From Candidatus Binatia bacterium (GTDB lineage Bacteria > Desulfobacterota > Binatia > UBA1149 > CAITLU01): a DNA stretch of 64,000 nt. The translations under genes and the position numbers were made by a program. The notes beneath the pieces are model-generated. The model was not told the DNA's origin. It searched no databases and saw only the letters and a list, made by a program, of their open reading frames with translations. Positions 63,759-64,000 of the stretch are shown here, one piece after another. Position 1 is the stretch's first letter. Every line of letters starts with the position of its first letter. The stretch is taken from assembly GCA_047611725.1 (NCBI GenBank), contig JBLFWR010000001.1:70125-134124 (forward strand), read 5' to 3'.

Positions 63759-63784
63759 GTCAATCTCCTCGGCGAGCCGTTGGC

Positions 63785-64000
63785 TCAGCGCTTCTGCATG
63801 TCGGCAAGAATCTCGTCCTTTCGGCCTTCTTCGATCAAGCGGTCGTTGTGAAAAGCCTGCTTCAGAGCGACCCAAGTAACGAAAATAACCAACCCGAGGG
63901 CGCCGGCAACCGGCATATTGTCGGCCTTGCTGATAATGGCCACAAAGCTTTCCCAGGCTGAAAGCTGATGGCTCGCTGTGGCAGACAGAAGGATCCAGTT
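63785..64000 (-). CDS. membrane protein, 5' end outside the window
   Basis: Absent from the ORF track; translated by hand: NWILLSATASHQLSAWESFVAIISKADNMPVAGALGLVIFVTWVALKQAFHNDRLIEEGRKDEILADMQKR*. Confidence 0.75.
   Translation of the reverse strand, partial: NWILLSATASHQLSAWESFVAIISKADNMPVAGALGLVIFVTWVALKQAFHNDRLIEEGRKDEILADMQKR

Overview
Bacterial chromosomal window, mostly core genome. Gene order and rRNA look deltaproteobacteria-like (Binatia-type is my inference, not a database result). In order: the 5' part of a Tad/Cpa pilus operon (cpaA-cpaB-cpaC) with several sigma54 -24/-12 promoters and an enhancer-binding protein lacking a sensor domain; an orphan Na+-decarboxylase beta subunit followed by trkAH; three decayed IS remnants; a complete rrn operon (16S-tRNA-Ile-tRNA-Ala-23S-5S); smc-zapB-zapA-6S RNA-ygfA-tyrS; an HNH gene and rng; a membrane glycosylation-like cluster (GT-C-like protein with a TPR tail, GtrB-like GT2, degenerate phosphatase-fold protein, acidic lipoprotein); a Rieske / split cytochrome b / octaheme cytochrome c complex; purMN, mazG, murJ, rpsT; a long yceD-rpmF-fabG-acpP-rpiB-glyA-nrdR-rib-nusB-leuS-lptE run; lpxD, hisG; a Thr-rich lamin-tail protein; and a four-cluster ferredoxin. 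Best leads: (1) a candidate TMTC-like protein glycosylation system; (2) a heme-ci-type bc complex with a possibly detached subunit about 25 kb away; (3) fabG and rpiB lack canonical start codons exactly where their usual upstream neighbours are missing; (4) an apparently inactive RibB domain; (5) a sigma54 circuit around the Tad operon. All calls come from motif recognition by eye; no searches were run.
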